Under the pieces are notes generated by a model, which saw nothing but the letters and a program-made list of their open reading frames with translations, was not told where the DNA came from and did not search any database. Of a stretch of DNA of 32,000 nucleotides, positions 12,280 through 22,238 are shown piece by piece (position 1 is the stretch's first letter; every line of letters begins with the position of its first letter). The translations under genes and the position numbers were made by a program. The DNA comes from Candidatus Electronema halotolerans (GTDB lineage: Bacteria; Desulfobacterota; Desulfobulbia; Desulfobulbales; Desulfobulbaceae): assembly GCA_942493095.1 (NCBI GenBank), contig OW818675.1:660001-692000 (forward strand), in the 5' to 3' direction.

Positions 12280-13521
12280 ATGGCGGTCAGTTCCATTGAA
12301 GAGGCGATAACAGATATTCAGGCCGGAAAAATGATCATCCTTGTCGATGACGAGGACCGGGAGAACGAAGGCGATCTCTGCATGGCCGCTGAGGCGGTTA
12401 CACCAGAGGCGATCAATTTCATGGCCACTTATGGCCGGGGCCTGATCTGCCTTGCCCTGAGCCAGGACATTGTCGAGCAGCTCGGCCTGCCTATGATGGT
12501 GCAGAACAACGAGTCGCCTTACGGCACCGGCTTCACCATCAGCATTGAGGCCCGCACCGGCGTGACCACTGGCATTTCCGCTGCTGACCGCTGCCGCACC
12601 ATTGAGGCGGCAGTAGCCCCGGATGCCACGCCCCGCGACATCATCAGCCCTGGCCACATTTTTCCGCTGCGGGCGCGCAAGGGCGGGGTGCTGGTGCGCA
12701 CAGGCCAGACCGAAGGCTCAGTTGATCTGGCCCGGCTGGCCGGGATGCGCACCGCAGGCATCATCTGCGAGATCATGAAGGATGACGGGACAATGGCCCG
12801 GATGCCGGACTTGGAGCAGTTTGCGGCAAAGCATGATCTGAAGATCGTCACCATTGCTGATCTGGTTGCCTACCGCCTGCGCGAGGATGTGCTGGTGCGC
12901 CGGGTGGCCGAGGCCCGCCTGCCCACCTCTCATGCGGGTGAATTCAAAATCATTGCCTATAAAAACGAGGTCGATGATTTCGAGCATATCGCCTTGGTCA
13001 AGGGCGAGATCAGGCCGGATGAGCCGACTATGGTTCGGGTGCATTCCGAATGTCTGACTGGCGATGTCTTCGGCTCTGCCCGCTGTGACTGCGGGGCGCA
13101 GCTTCATGCGGCCATGCAGATGGTGCATCAAGAGGGCAGGGGGGTAGTGCTCTACATGCGGCAGGAGGGGAGGGGCATCGGCCTGATCAACAAGCTGCGG
13201 GCCTACCAGCTTCAAGATGAGGAAGGCATGGACACGGTCGAGGCCAACATTCATCTTGGCTTCAAACCGGATCTGCGCGATTACGGCATTGGCGCGCAGA
13301 TACTCCGCGACCTTGGTGTGCGCAAGATGCGGCTGCTGACCAATAATCCCAAGAAGATTATTGGATTGGAAGGCTACGGCTTGGAGGCTGTATCACGTCT
13401 TCCTATCGAAATTCTCTGCGGCTGCGAAACAACAGATTATCTTCGCTGCAAACGCGACAAGATGGGCCATCTGCTGGAGCTGTGCGGAGAGGAAATCGGG
13501 CCGGTGGCAGGGGAGCCGTAA
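12280..13521 (+). CDS. ribBA: Bifunctional 3,4-dihydroxy-2-butanone-4-phosphate synthase / GTP cyclohydrolase II
   Basis: [19 protein letters not shown]-type motif ([14 protein letters not shown]), [32 protein letters not shown], plus [30 protein letters not shown] and [15 protein letters not shown]. Confidence 0.96.
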   Translation: MAVSSIEEAITDIQAGKMIILVDDEDRENEGDLCMAAEAVTPEAINFMATYGRGLICLALSQDIVEQLGLPMMVQNNESPYGTGFTISIEARTGVTTGISAADRCRTIEAAVAPDATPRDIISPGHIFPLRARKGGVLVRTGQTEGSVDLARLAGMRTAGIICEIMKDDGTMARMPDLEQFAAKHDLKIVTIADLVAYRLREDVLVRRVAEARLPTSHAGEFKIIAYKNEVDDFEHIALVKGEIRPDEPTMVRVHSECLTGDVFGSARCDCGAQLHAAMQMVHQEGRGVVLYMRQEGRGIGLINKLRAYQLQDEEGMDTVEANIHLGFKPDLRDYGIGAQILRDLGVRKMRLLTNNPKKIIGLEGYGLEAVSRLPIEILCGCETTDYLRCKRDKMGHLLELCGEEIGPVAGEP

Positions 13522-13533
13522 GCAGAGGCAGCC

Positions 13534-15234
13534 ATGCTGCAGGAACTGAGCATCAACGATCTGGCTCTGATCAGCTTCTTGGAGCTGGACTTTTCCGCTG
13601 TTCCTGCCGGGCTGATCGTCTTCACCGGCGAGACCGGGGCAGGCAAATCCATCATCCTCCAAGCCGTGCATCTGCTCACTGGAGGCCGGGCCTCGGCCAC
13701 GCTGGTGCGCAGCGGCAAAGAGCAGGCCGCAGTGCAGGCCGCTTTTGACATCAGCAGACAGCCGGAGCTGCTGGCTCTGCTCCGCGAGCATGGTTTGGAA
13801 AGCGGCAGTGACTGCATCCTGCGCCGGGTGGTCACCAGCAAGGGCAGGAGCCGTTTCTTCATCAACGACCGTCTGAGCACTGCCCGCACTGCCGCTGACC
13901 TGACCGAGAATCTGGTCAACATAGCCGGGCAGCATGACCAGCAGCTCCTGCTCCGCAGCAGCGCGCACATTGACTTTCTTGACGGCTACGGCGGCCTGCT
14001 GAAGCAGCGGCAGCAGTACAGTCATCTCTATGAACGGCGGCGGAATCTGCTCCGCCGTCTGTGCCAGCTTCGGGAGCAGGAGCAGCACAAGGAGCAGCAG
14101 CGCGATTTTCTCAGTTTTCAGCTGCAGGAAATCCGGCAGGCTGAACTGCTGCCGGGCGAGGAGGAGGTGCTGATCCAGGAGCGCGACCGGCTCCGTTTTT
14201 CCAGCACCTTGGTTGAGCTGGCCGGAACAAGCTGCCAGCTCCTCCGCGAGCAGGTGCATGAGCATCTGAGCATGATCCGCAAGAACATGGAACAGGCTGC
14301 CGAACTGGATGCGGACATCAAGGAGCTGGCTGACCGGATTGTTTCGGCCTGTTTTGAAATTGAGGACATGGAGGGCTGTCTGGAAGACTATGTGCGTTCC
14401 ATTCCTTCGGATCAGAGCCGGATGGAGGTCATTGCCGACCGGCTGGCCAAAATCCGTCAGCTCCAGCGCAAATACGGCCCCACAGTTGAAGAGGTGCTGG
14501 TCTTTGCTGAAAAAATAGAGCAGGAACTGAACCTGCTTGACCATCTGGAGCAGGAGATCAGCACCTTGGAGCAGGAGCTGGGCACAGTTGAGACCGTGCT
14601 GCGGACACGGGCTGAGGCCTTGTCGCAGGCGCGGCGGCAGGCCGGAGAACGGCTGGCGCAGGCCATGCAGAATGAGCTGTGCTCGCTCAGTTTTCTCCAA
14701 GCGCGCTTCGCCGCCTCAATCGAGCCTGCTGAAAGTTTTGACGGCTCAGGGCTGCTGGCTGACGGCATGGACCGGGTCGAGTTTCTTTTTTCCGCCAATC
14801 CGGGCGAGCCGCTCAAGCCGCTGACCGAGGTGGTCTCCGGCGGCGAGCTGTCCCGGCTGATGCTGGCCATGAAATGCCTTTTTGCCCGCCAGGACCGGGT
14901 GGAGACGGTCATTCTTGATGAGATCGACGCAGGCATCAGCGGCGAGGCCGCCAGTGCCGTGGCCCGCAAGATCAACGAGCTGGCCGGGTATCATCAGGTC
15001 TTCTGCATCACCCATCTGCCGCAGATCGCCGCCTATGCGGCTGCCCATTTTCTGGTTGAAAAGAGGGCTGAGGATGGCCGCACCCGCACCTCAATCCGCA
15101 GGCTGACAGAAGATGACGAACGGGCGGCTGAACTGGCCCGGATGTTGGGCGGCGCCCAGCCCACAGAACAAACGTATGCCTTGGCTCAGGAACTGCTGAC
15201 GCGGAAGCAGAGGACATCTCGCCCAATATCCTGA
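13534..15234 (+). CDS. recN: DNA repair protein RecN
   Basis: MLQELSINDLALI...FTGETGAGKSIILQAVHLLTGGRA...LLLRSSAHIDFLDGYGG...EVVSGGELSRLMLAMKCLF...VILDEIDAGISGEAASAVARKI...CITHLPQIAAYA. Confidence 0.96.
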   Translation: MLQELSINDLALISFLELDFSAVPAGLIVFTGETGAGKSIILQAVHLLTGGRASATLVRSGKEQAAVQAAFDISRQPELLALLREHGLESGSDCILRRVVTSKGRSRFFINDRLSTARTAADLTENLVNIAGQHDQQLLLRSSAHIDFLDGYGGLLKQRQQYSHLYERRRNLLRRLCQLREQEQHKEQQRDFLSFQLQEIRQAELLPGEEEVLIQERDRLRFSSTLVELAGTSCQLLREQVHEHLSMIRKNMEQAAELDADIKELADRIVSACFEIEDMEGCLEDYVRSIPSDQSRMEVIADRLAKIRQLQRKYGPTVEEVLVFAEKIEQELNLLDHLEQEISTLEQELGTVETVLRTRAEALSQARRQAGERLAQAMQNELCSLSFLQARFAASIEPAESFDGSGLLADGMDRVEFLFSANPGEPLKPLTEVVSGGELSRLMLAMKCLFARQDRVETVILDEIDAGISGEAASAVARKINELAGYHQVFCITHLPQIAAYAAAHFLVEKRAEDGRTRTSIRRLTEDDERAAELARMLGGAQPTEQTYALAQELLTRKQRTSRPIS

Positions 15235-15254
15235 GCAGAGCCGAAGATCAGGTG

Positions 15255-16034
15255 TCAGTTCCCGTTGCTTGTCCGCGCTGCCGTAAAAGTTTCGATTTGC
15301 ATGGCTCCAGCTTGCCGCAGCACCTTGGCGCATTCGTGCAAGGTCGAGCCAGTGGTGTGAACGTCATCCACCAGCAGGATGCGTTTATCTCTGACTTCTT
15401 GTGGAGCACGGAGACTGAAAGCCCCAGTCAGATTGCTGCGTCGTTCTGTGCCGTCAAGCTGGGTTTGCGGCACAGTATTCCGGTGCCGTTGGAGCAGGTC
15501 AGGCTGAATTTTCCCTCGCCAAGCCGGAAAGCAGGCTTTGGCCAAGAGCAGCGATTGATTGAAGCCCCGCCAGCGCAGGCGGCGGATGTGCAGCGGCACC
15601 GGCAGGATCAGATCAGGTTCGTGGAACAGGGCCGCAGCATCCGCCTCTTTGGCCAAGGCGGCAAAGCTGCTCAGGCCAGCCAGACTGCCGCTGAACTTGA
15701 GCTGATGAATGAGCGACCTGACCGGCTCCTGATAAGCAGCAAGGGAACGCGCTTGATCAAAGGCGAAGGAGTGCTGCTGGCAGTTCCGGCAGCGATGAGC
15801 TGCGCCCGGTGCGCCGCAGCAGGGACAGAACGGGCGGGAAATCAGGAGAACTTCAGCCCGGCAGTTCTGGCAGAGCAGGGGCGGACGGCTGGAGCCGAGC
15901 TGTCTGCCGCAGCCCAAACAGCGGGCAGGAAAGAGCAGCTCGGCAAGGGAGGCAAGGAAAGGGTGAAGGTGAAGGGTGAAGATTTTTTGCCCCTGTGGAA
16001 CATTAGGCCTGCATTGCCGCCCGCAGGTTCTCAT
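15255..16034 (-). CDS. ComF family protein / amidophosphoribosyltransferase-like
   Basis: [14 protein letters not shown]...[10 protein letters not shown]...CPCCGAP double zinc-ribbon-like N-terminus and [27 protein letters not shown]...[15 protein letters not shown]-like PRPP loop ([20 protein letters not shown]). Confidence 0.9.
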   Translation of the reverse strand: MRTCGRQCRPNVPQGQKIFTLHLHPFLASLAELLFPARCLGCGRQLGSSRPPLLCQNCRAEVLLISRPFCPCCGAPGAAHRCRNCQQHSFAFDQARSLAAYQEPVRSLIHQLKFSGSLAGLSSFAALAKEADAAALFHEPDLILPVPLHIRRLRWRGFNQSLLLAKACFPAWRGKIQPDLLQRHRNTVPQTQLDGTERRSNLTGAFSLRAPQEVRDKRILLVDDVHTTGSTLHECAKVLRQAGAMQIETFTAARTSNGN

Positions 16035-17220
16035 CCAGCTTGGCCAAAAACTCCTGGGTGCTCAACCACGCCTGATTTTTGCTGATCAGCAGGGCCAAAT
16101 CCTTGGTCATGGAGCCGGATTCCACTGTTTCCACGCAGACCCGCTCCAGTGTCTCAGCAAAGCGCATGACCTCCGGCGTTGCGTCAAACTTGCCCCGATA
16201 GTACAGGCCCCGCGTCCACGCGAAAATGGAGGCAATCGGGTTGGTTGAAGTTGTGTTGCCTTTCTGATGCTCGCGGTAATGGCGGGTGACAGTGCCGTGC
16301 GCCGCCTCGGCTTCAACGGTCTGACCGTCCTCGGTCATCAGCACCGAAGTCATCAGGCCGAGCGAGCCAAAGCCCTGCGCCACAGTGTCGGATTGGACAT
16401 CGCCGTCATAGTTCTTGCAGGCCCAGACAAAGCCGCCCTCCCACTTCAGAGCCGCAGCCACCATGTCGTCAATCAGGCGGTGCTCGTAGGTAATGCCTGC
16501 TTCGGCAAAGAGGGCCGCAAATTCCTCCTCATAGACCTGCTGAAAGAGGTCCTTGAAGCGGCCATCGTACTTTTTCAAGATGGTGTTTTTGGTCGATAAA
16601 TAGACCGGCCAGCCCAAGGTGAGGCCGTAGTTCATGCATGAGCGGGCAAAGCCCCGGATCGAATCATCCAAGTTGTACATGCCCATTGCGCAGCCGCTGC
16701 TGGGGAAGTCAAAAACCTCGTGCTCAATGGCTGGACCGCCGTCAGCAGGCTCAAAGCGCATGGTCAGCTTGCCTGCGCCGGGGATGAGGAAGTCCGTGGC
16801 CCGGTACTGATCGCCAAAAGCGTGCCGACCAATGACAATCGGCTTGGTCCAGCCCGGCACAAGGCGCGGAATGTTCTTGCAGAGGATCGGCTGACGGAAG
16901 ACCGTGCCGCCGATGATGTTGCGGATGGTGCCGTTCGGCGATTTCCACATCTCCTTGAGATTGAACTCCTTGACGCGGGCCTCATCCGGGGTGATGGTCG
17001 CGCATTTGACCCCGACTCCGTGCTCCTTGACCGCCTTGGCCGCATCCACGGTGATCTGGTCGTCCGTCTCGTCGCGCTTCTGGATCGACAGGTCGTAATA
17101 GTGCAAATCCACGTCCAAATACGGCAGGATCAGCTTGTCCTTGATAAAAGCCCAGATGATCCGGGTCATCTCGTCGCCGTCAATCTCAACAATAGGATTT
17201 TTTACTTGAATTTTTGCCAT
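16003..17220 (-). CDS. icd: Isocitrate dehydrogenase, NADP-dependent (homodimeric eukaryote-like subfamily)
   Basis: [57 protein letters not shown]...[19 protein letters not shown]...[27 protein letters not shown]...GLMTSVL...[39 protein letters not shown] at 17220 chosen over the track start. Confidence 0.93.
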   Translation of the reverse strand: MAKIQVKNPIVEIDGDEMTRIIWAFIKDKLILPYLDVDLHYYDLSIQKRDETDDQITVDAAKAVKEHGVGVKCATITPDEARVKEFNLKEMWKSPNGTIRNIIGGTVFRQPILCKNIPRLVPGWTKPIVIGRHAFGDQYRATDFLIPGAGKLTMRFEPADGGPAIEHEVFDFPSSGCAMGMYNLDDSIRGFARSCMNYGLTLGWPVYLSTKNTILKKYDGRFKDLFQQVYEEEFAALFAEAGITYEHRLIDDMVAAALKWEGGFVWACKNYDGDVQSDTVAQGFGSLGLMTSVLMTEDGQTVEAEAAHGTVTRHYREHQKGNTTSTNPIASIFAWTRGLYYRGKFDATPEVMRFAETLERVCVETVESGSMTKDLALLISKNQAWLSTQEFLAKLDENLRAAMQA

Positions 17221-17444
17221 GATTTCTCCAATGGGTTGTATGTGCTGCAAAAGGTTTTGCTTGTTCCGCAAGGTTTGGCGACTGGGAGGAGGATGCCGGT
17301 CATCGGTCGGCGCGGCGGCTCTGTTCTTGTCACTTTGGACAGAACGTATTGCCCTTGCCCCGGACAAACGGGCGGGCAGCGTCACACAGGCTCTTGTCGG
17401 AGCACTGCACCCTTGCTCAGGAACAAGTCGCGGGCTGTCTCGTC

Positions 17445-17828
17445 TCAGGCGGCTCCGCCTGCCTCTTCTCCTGCCAAGGCGCGGCGGATTGAAGCCTTCA
17501 GCTCCTTGATCTTGACCGGCTTGGGGAAGAAGTCGAACACGTCGTCGCGCAGGGCCTCAATGGCCACGTCCAAGTTGGCAAAGGCGGTGATCATGATGAC
17601 CACGGTCTGAGGATACTTTTCCTTGACGATCCGCAGCACTTCCAACCCATCCACGCCCTTCATCTTGAGGTCAGTGACCACCACCTGAAAGGTCTTTTCC
17701 TCAAGCCGCTTGAGCGCGCTCTCGCCGTCAAGAAAGGTTTCCACGTCATAGCCTTCCTGGCTGAGGGAGAGCTTGGCCATGTCGCCCACTATCCGCTCAT
17801 CGTCAATGATCATGATGCTGCTCTGCAT
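17445..17828 (-). CDS. Single-domain response regulator (CheY/REC-type)
   Basis: [111 protein letters not shown]; acidic DD, phosphoacceptor D, T, K all present; ends soon after the receiver fold. Confidence 0.92.
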   Translation of the reverse strand: MQSSIMIIDDERIVGDMAKLSLSQEGYDVETFLDGESALKRLEEKTFQVVVTDLKMKGVDGLEVLRIVKEKYPQTVVIMITAFANLDVAIEALRDDVFDFFPKPVKIKELKASIRRALAGEEAGGAA

Positions 17829-19233
17829 TGCTGTCGCTCCTTCGCACACATTTGTCCAAGTTGAGTGGCAGCATGATGGTGAAGGTTGTGCCTTCATCTA
17901 TCGCGCTCTGCACGCGAATGTCGCCGCCGTGATTTTTGATGATGCCGTAGCTGACCCAGAGGCCCAGCCCGGTGCCGCCCTCCTCCTTGGTGGTGAAGAA
18001 AGGGTCAAAGATATATTCCAGCTGCCTTGGCGGAATGCCCTTGCCAGTGTCACTGACCTCGATCTCGGCCCGCTCCAGCTCCGGCAGGAAGCGGGTGGTC
18101 ACGGTCAGCGCGCCGCCCGGCTGCATGGCTTGGATGGCATTGATCATCATGTTGACCAAGACCTGCTGAATCTGATGCTCGTCAAGGCAGAGCTGGGGCA
18201 TCTGCTCGTCAAAGTTGAGCTTGGTGCGGACGTTGCCGATGGTGAGCATGTTGTGCACCAAGCCAAGGCACTTCTGGGCCACCTCATTCAGATCATGGCT
18301 GGCAATCTGCTTTTCCTTGGGTTTGGCAAAGTCAAGCAGGTTCCTGATCGTGTAGCGCAGCCGCTCAGTCTCCTCGTCAATCTGATTGATGAACTCCAGC
18401 TGCTGATCGCTCCCCAGCTTGTCATGCAGCTCGGCAAAGGTCTGGGCGATCATGGAGATGTTGTTGAGCGGGTTGTTCAGCTCATGGGCCACGCCTGCCA
18501 CCAGCACCCCGATGGAGGCCAGCCGCTTGGAGCGGATCATTTCCTCCTCGCGCAGATTCAGCTCTTCAGACATGGTGCTGATGGCCTGCACCACCGCGCC
18601 CAGCTCGTCCGGTGAGGGCTTCTTGGCAGGCCGGGAGAAGTCGCCCTTGGCAATCGCATGGGTCAGCTCAACAATCTGCTCAAGGGAGCGGCGGATGCTG
18701 CTGGCGTTCCATTGGGCAAAGAAAAGGGCAAAGCCGAGCACAGCCAGGAAGGCGAGCCAGAGGATGCTCTTGGAGCGTTCAATGAGTGCGGCCACCTTGT
18801 CCCGCTCCATCTTGATGATGTTTTCAGAAAAGGTGCGCAGGGCATGGCCGGAATCACGCACCTTGGTCTCATCACCGTGCCCGTCAATCAGAGCGCGGAC
18901 ATTGCCCCGGTAGTCGGCAAGGAGCTGGACCAGCCGGTTGTAGTCGTTGCCGCCAGTCACCTGCTCAATGTTCTCCCGCTCCTCAGCCAAGGCGGGCATG
19001 GTTTCTGTGATGCGGGTGCAGATCGAGTTCAGGGCCTCTTTGTCGCTGTAGAGAAGGTAGTTTTTCTCGGCTATGCGCATTTCCAGAAAGGCGGTGTTCA
19101 GACTGTCCGCAATCTCCATGAAGTGAAACTTCATCATCAGCTCGTTGAAGGCCTGCAACGAGAGAAAGCCGACAATGAAGATCAGGGCGATGTTGACTGC
19201 GTAAGACAGATGAATCCGATGAACTATTTTCAT
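17803..19233 (-). CDS. Membrane-bound sensor histidine kinase (N-terminal sensor between TMs, HAMP-like region, HisKA, HATPase)
   Basis: Two TM segments, GVLVAGVAHELNNPLNNISMIAQTF (H box), DEHQIQQVLVNMMINAIQAM (N box), IEVSDTGKGIP, DPFFTTKEEGGTGLGLWVSYGIIKNHGG. Confidence 0.94.
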   Translation of the reverse strand: MKIVHRIHLSYAVNIALIFIVGFLSLQAFNELMMKFHFMEIADSLNTAFLEMRIAEKNYLLYSDKEALNSICTRITETMPALAEERENIEQVTGGNDYNRLVQLLADYRGNVRALIDGHGDETKVRDSGHALRTFSENIIKMERDKVAALIERSKSILWLAFLAVLGFALFFAQWNASSIRRSLEQIVELTHAIAKGDFSRPAKKPSPDELGAVVQAISTMSEELNLREEEMIRSKRLASIGVLVAGVAHELNNPLNNISMIAQTFAELHDKLGSDQQLEFINQIDEETERLRYTIRNLLDFAKPKEKQIASHDLNEVAQKCLGLVHNMLTIGNVRTKLNFDEQMPQLCLDEHQIQQVLVNMMINAIQAMQPGGALTVTTRFLPELERAEIEVSDTGKGIPPRQLEYIFDPFFTTKEEGGTGLGLWVSYGIIKNHGGDIRVQSAIDEGTTFTIMLPLNLDKCVRRSDSNAEQHHDH

Positions 19234-20462
19234 AGATCGTCCTCTTGGTCGGCTAAGGCCGCGCTCCGCGAGCGGGGCAGTTCGGTCTGCTCCTTGCGCA
19301 CTGGCAGGTACCAGAGCAGGCCGTCAACAACCATCAGCAGACCTGCGCCTGTCAAGGCCAGATCAAAGAAACTGAGCAGGCTGAAGTGGAAATAGACCAG
19401 CAGGCCGACTCCGAAGCTGAAGCAGCTGACTCCGGTGCGGGTGAAGGCCAGCCCGGTGCGGGCGCGGGCGTAGATGGTGCGGTAGCAGGCGGCCACGGTG
19501 CGCTGGGCAGCCAGCACATTGCGCTCGCGGGCCAGATGGGTGCGCTCCCGGCTGGGCGGGGCAGGAAAAATGATGGTCGAATAGTCGGCCAGCAGCTCGC
19601 CCAAGCGGGCCAGCATGGTGGCTCCGGTCTTGGCTGGCGGCACAGAGGTCTTGATCTCATCCGGGAAATGGTACTGCTCCAGAAAGGAGATGGTGGCCGC
19701 CGTCACTTCCATGACGGTCTGGCTGCCGGGCGGACGGAGTTGGGAAGCCCGGATGCGGAGATAGATGATCAGGCCGAAGCTATTGCAGAGCAGGCCGACG
19801 AACAGAGTCAGAAAGGCGACCGACCAGCGCGGATGCTCAAGGTGGAACAGGGTCATGGCTATGCTGACTAAGGACAGGCCAAAGCGGCCAAAGGCAAGGG
19901 CGGTGCGGGCCTTGGCCATGTCCGTGCGGCAGCAGGCCAGCAGAGTGCGCCATTGGGCCATGGTGTTGCGCCAGAAGGCCAGGCCGGTGCGCTCGGTGCC
20001 GATCAGCTCGCCGGGCCGGGCATGGAGATAGTCTTGGATAAACCACTGCACGTCTTCCGGCAGGGTGATCATGCAGGCAACAGTCTGGCAGCCGAGCAGC
20101 TCCGTCACTGAGGCGGCCAAGGTCGGTGAACTGGGATCCACCGCCGCAATCGTCACTCTGTTGTTCTGCTCCAAAAAGACCGGAAACCAGCCTTCCCGCA
20201 GCAGGGTCTCAGCTGAGAGCTTGGGGAGAAAGTCGGGCGGAATGGGCAGCCGCTCGTCATACTCAATGGCGGCGCAGCCGTATATCTCTGTCAGGGTCTC
20301 CAAGAGCAGGGAACGGGGCAGGCCATATTCATACACTAAGAGAGTGGCGGGAGCCAAGCTGCGGCACTGCGCGGCCTGACCGATTTCTTCCAAGGTCTCT
20401 TCTGGCAGAATGCCTTTGTCGGCCAAGGCCGCCAGCAGGGGATGCGGGTCAGTCTGCTGCAC
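19230..20462 (-). CDS. Membrane protein with N-terminal MshEN-like region and two DUF202-like modules with heptad R-T repeats
   Basis: TERTGLAFWRNTMAQWRTLLACCRTDMAKARTALAFGRFGLSL... and RERNVLAAQRTVAACYRTIYARARTGLAFTRTGVSCFSFG..., each followed by two hydrophobic helices. Overlaps the kinase by 4 nt. Confidence 0.85.
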   Translation of the reverse strand: MQQTDPHPLLAALADKGILPEETLEEIGQAAQCRSLAPATLLVYEYGLPRSLLLETLTEIYGCAAIEYDERLPIPPDFLPKLSAETLLREGWFPVFLEQNNRVTIAAVDPSSPTLAASVTELLGCQTVACMITLPEDVQWFIQDYLHARPGELIGTERTGLAFWRNTMAQWRTLLACCRTDMAKARTALAFGRFGLSLVSIAMTLFHLEHPRWSVAFLTLFVGLLCNSFGLIIYLRIRASQLRPPGSQTVMEVTAATISFLEQYHFPDEIKTSVPPAKTGATMLARLGELLADYSTIIFPAPPSRERTHLARERNVLAAQRTVAACYRTIYARARTGLAFTRTGVSCFSFGVGLLVYFHFSLLSFFDLALTGAGLLMVVDGLLWYLPVRKEQTELPRSRSAALADQEDDL

Positions 20463-22032
20463 GATAAAATACTGCCTTCTGCCAGAAACGGGAAGGAACG
20501 CCGTAGTCTGGCAGCATGATTTCCAAGTCTGCGAAGCAGTAGGGCAGCTCGGCCCGTTTCCGCTCCGCCGGGATAGTCCAATAAAAGCCGTCCACCACCA
20601 AGGCCAGTCCGCCGACAGCCAAGCTCAGATCAAACAGATGCCAGACCCAGGCTGCCGCAGGAAAGGAGATGAGAAAGGCGATGCCGATCAGGAAAATGCT
20701 CAGGCCGGTGCGGATGAAGGCCATGCCGGTGCGCGAGCGGGCCATGATGGTGCGCAGCCTGGCCATGACATTGCGGCGGTCGGCCAGCACGGTGCGCTCC
20801 AAGGCAAGGCCGGTGGTGGCCCAAATCCCAGGAGCATGAGAGCGGCGCACTGGCGGAGGCTGCAACGGAGCGGAACCAGAACGCAGGTCCGGGCAGGTCT
20901 GGGCATGAGGAAAGAAAATATCCCAGATCGTCCCTGCCTTGCCAGCCCGCTCCACTGAGGCCAAGCCTTCATCACCGGCAGGACGGCCCTTGCGGTACCA
21001 AAAAAAGCCCTCCAGCACCATCAGCACCCCGGCCAGCATCAGGCAGAAGTCAAAGGCCCGCCACGGGCTGGCAGGAAAGGCCCGCATCAGGCCAAAGCCC
21101 AAGGAGAAAAAGGCCAGGCCGGTTCTGGTGAAGGCCAGGCCGGTGCGCACCTTGGCCATCTGGGTGCGCAGGCAGGCGAGGACGGTCCGCTCCTCAGCCA
21201 TGTCGGTGCGGTCGCTGGCAAGAAAGCGGCGGCGCATCACTGGCGAGAGTTTGGTCCAGCCAGCCCGCAGGTCTGCGGCGGTCGGCACGTCCGGCAGCCG
21301 CTTGAACACGGGGAAGTCCTCTTGGTTCTCTGCCGCCAAAACGGTGGTTCCGCCGGTAGGAACAGTGGCGGTGCAGACGGGCAGATGGCTTTTCACCTGC
21401 CGGGCGGGCAGGTAGCGGCGCAGACTGTCAAAGCCAATCCACGCGCCAAGGAGGAAGAGCGGCAGCTCCAGCAGGATGAAGTCGCCCATGCCAAAGACCC
21501 GGACAAAGAGTAGGGCAATGGCGATGAACGAGAGCGCGGTGCGGATCCACGCCAGGCCAGTGCGGCTTTTGGCCATCAGGGTGCGGTAATGGGCCAGCAG
21601 CGAGCGGCGGCCTGCCAGATAGGTGCGCACCTGCGCCAAAGGTGTGCGGCCTGCTTCCGGTGGAAAATCCGGGTTCAGGTCAAAGCTGTGCTCCAGCACC
21701 CGGACAAAGTCATAAGGCAGGGTGAGGACAAAGTCCAGCTCCTCCACGTCCAGCCGCTGCCGGGCCAGATTGGCGACCTCATCCGGGGCGCGGCAGGTCA
21801 GAATCTTGGCCCGGCCATCCTTGACCGAGAGCGGCAGCCAGCCTTCCTGCTTCTGCGTGACCGCATCAAGATGCACGACTAACAGAAAGGGTGCGCTTAT
21901 CTTTTCGCTGTATTCCACGACCGGGCAGCCGTATTGCTCGGCAAGGCACTGAAGCTGCTCGTGTTTGCTGAGGCCGACAGGGGCGGCGGACGACCCGGAA
22001 CAGGCATCGTTCTGGTGATGATCAGTTTTCAT
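20449..22032 (-). CDS. Membrane protein with three DUF202-like modules with heptad R-T repeats (paralogue of 19230..20462)
   Basis: GRRSLLAHYRTLMAKSRTGLAWIRTALSFIAIAL...; SDRTDMAEERTVLACLRTQMAKVRTGLAFTRTGLAFFSLG...; LERTVLADRRNVMARLRTIMARSRTGMAFIRTGLSIFLIG.... Overlaps next gene by 14 nt. Confidence 0.85.
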   Translation of the reverse strand: MKTDHHQNDACSGSSAAPVGLSKHEQLQCLAEQYGCPVVEYSEKISAPFLLVVHLDAVTQKQEGWLPLSVKDGRAKILTCRAPDEVANLARQRLDVEELDFVLTLPYDFVRVLEHSFDLNPDFPPEAGRTPLAQVRTYLAGRRSLLAHYRTLMAKSRTGLAWIRTALSFIAIALLFVRVFGMGDFILLELPLFLLGAWIGFDSLRRYLPARQVKSHLPVCTATVPTGGTTVLAAENQEDFPVFKRLPDVPTAADLRAGWTKLSPVMRRRFLASDRTDMAEERTVLACLRTQMAKVRTGLAFTRTGLAFFSLGFGLMRAFPASPWRAFDFCLMLAGVLMVLEGFFWYRKGRPAGDEGLASVERAGKAGTIWDIFFPHAQTCPDLRSGSAPLQPPPVRRSHAPGIWATTGLALERTVLADRRNVMARLRTIMARSRTGMAFIRTGLSIFLIGIAFLISFPAAAWVWHLFDLSLAVGGLALVVDGFYWTIPAERKRAELPYCFADLEIMLPDYGVPSRFWQKAVFYRAAD

Positions 22033-22152
22033 AGATTGCGCAGTCTTGCAGACTGAAAAATTGCAAATTGCAGGTTCAGCGTCACATACTATGACGGTCT
22101 CCCACGCATATACAAGCCGCGCATTGAAATACTTCTCGGCAAGGCAGTCAAG

Positions 22153-22210
22153 GAAAAAAAAGGAACCGCGCCTGCTGCCCGCCGGAAAAAGGCTGGCAGC
22201 AGACGCGGTT
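22153..22210 (-). terminator. Rho-independent terminator downstream of the P460-like gene
   Basis: Minus strand AACCGCGtCTGCTGCC...GGCAGCAGgCGCGGTT, then a run of T (long A run on plus at 22153-22161). Confidence 0.8.
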
Positions 22211-22238
22211 GATGCAGGGCTCTGACTTGGAGACTTCT

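Noticed and set aside
15252-16085. 277-aa plus-strand ORF
   Set aside because: Antisense of the comF-like gene; no coherent domain and repetitive shadow composition.
17221-17385. N-terminal extension of the icd track ORF
   Set aside because: Low-complexity, non-conserved-looking leader; [18 protein letters not shown] at 17220 is the expected start.
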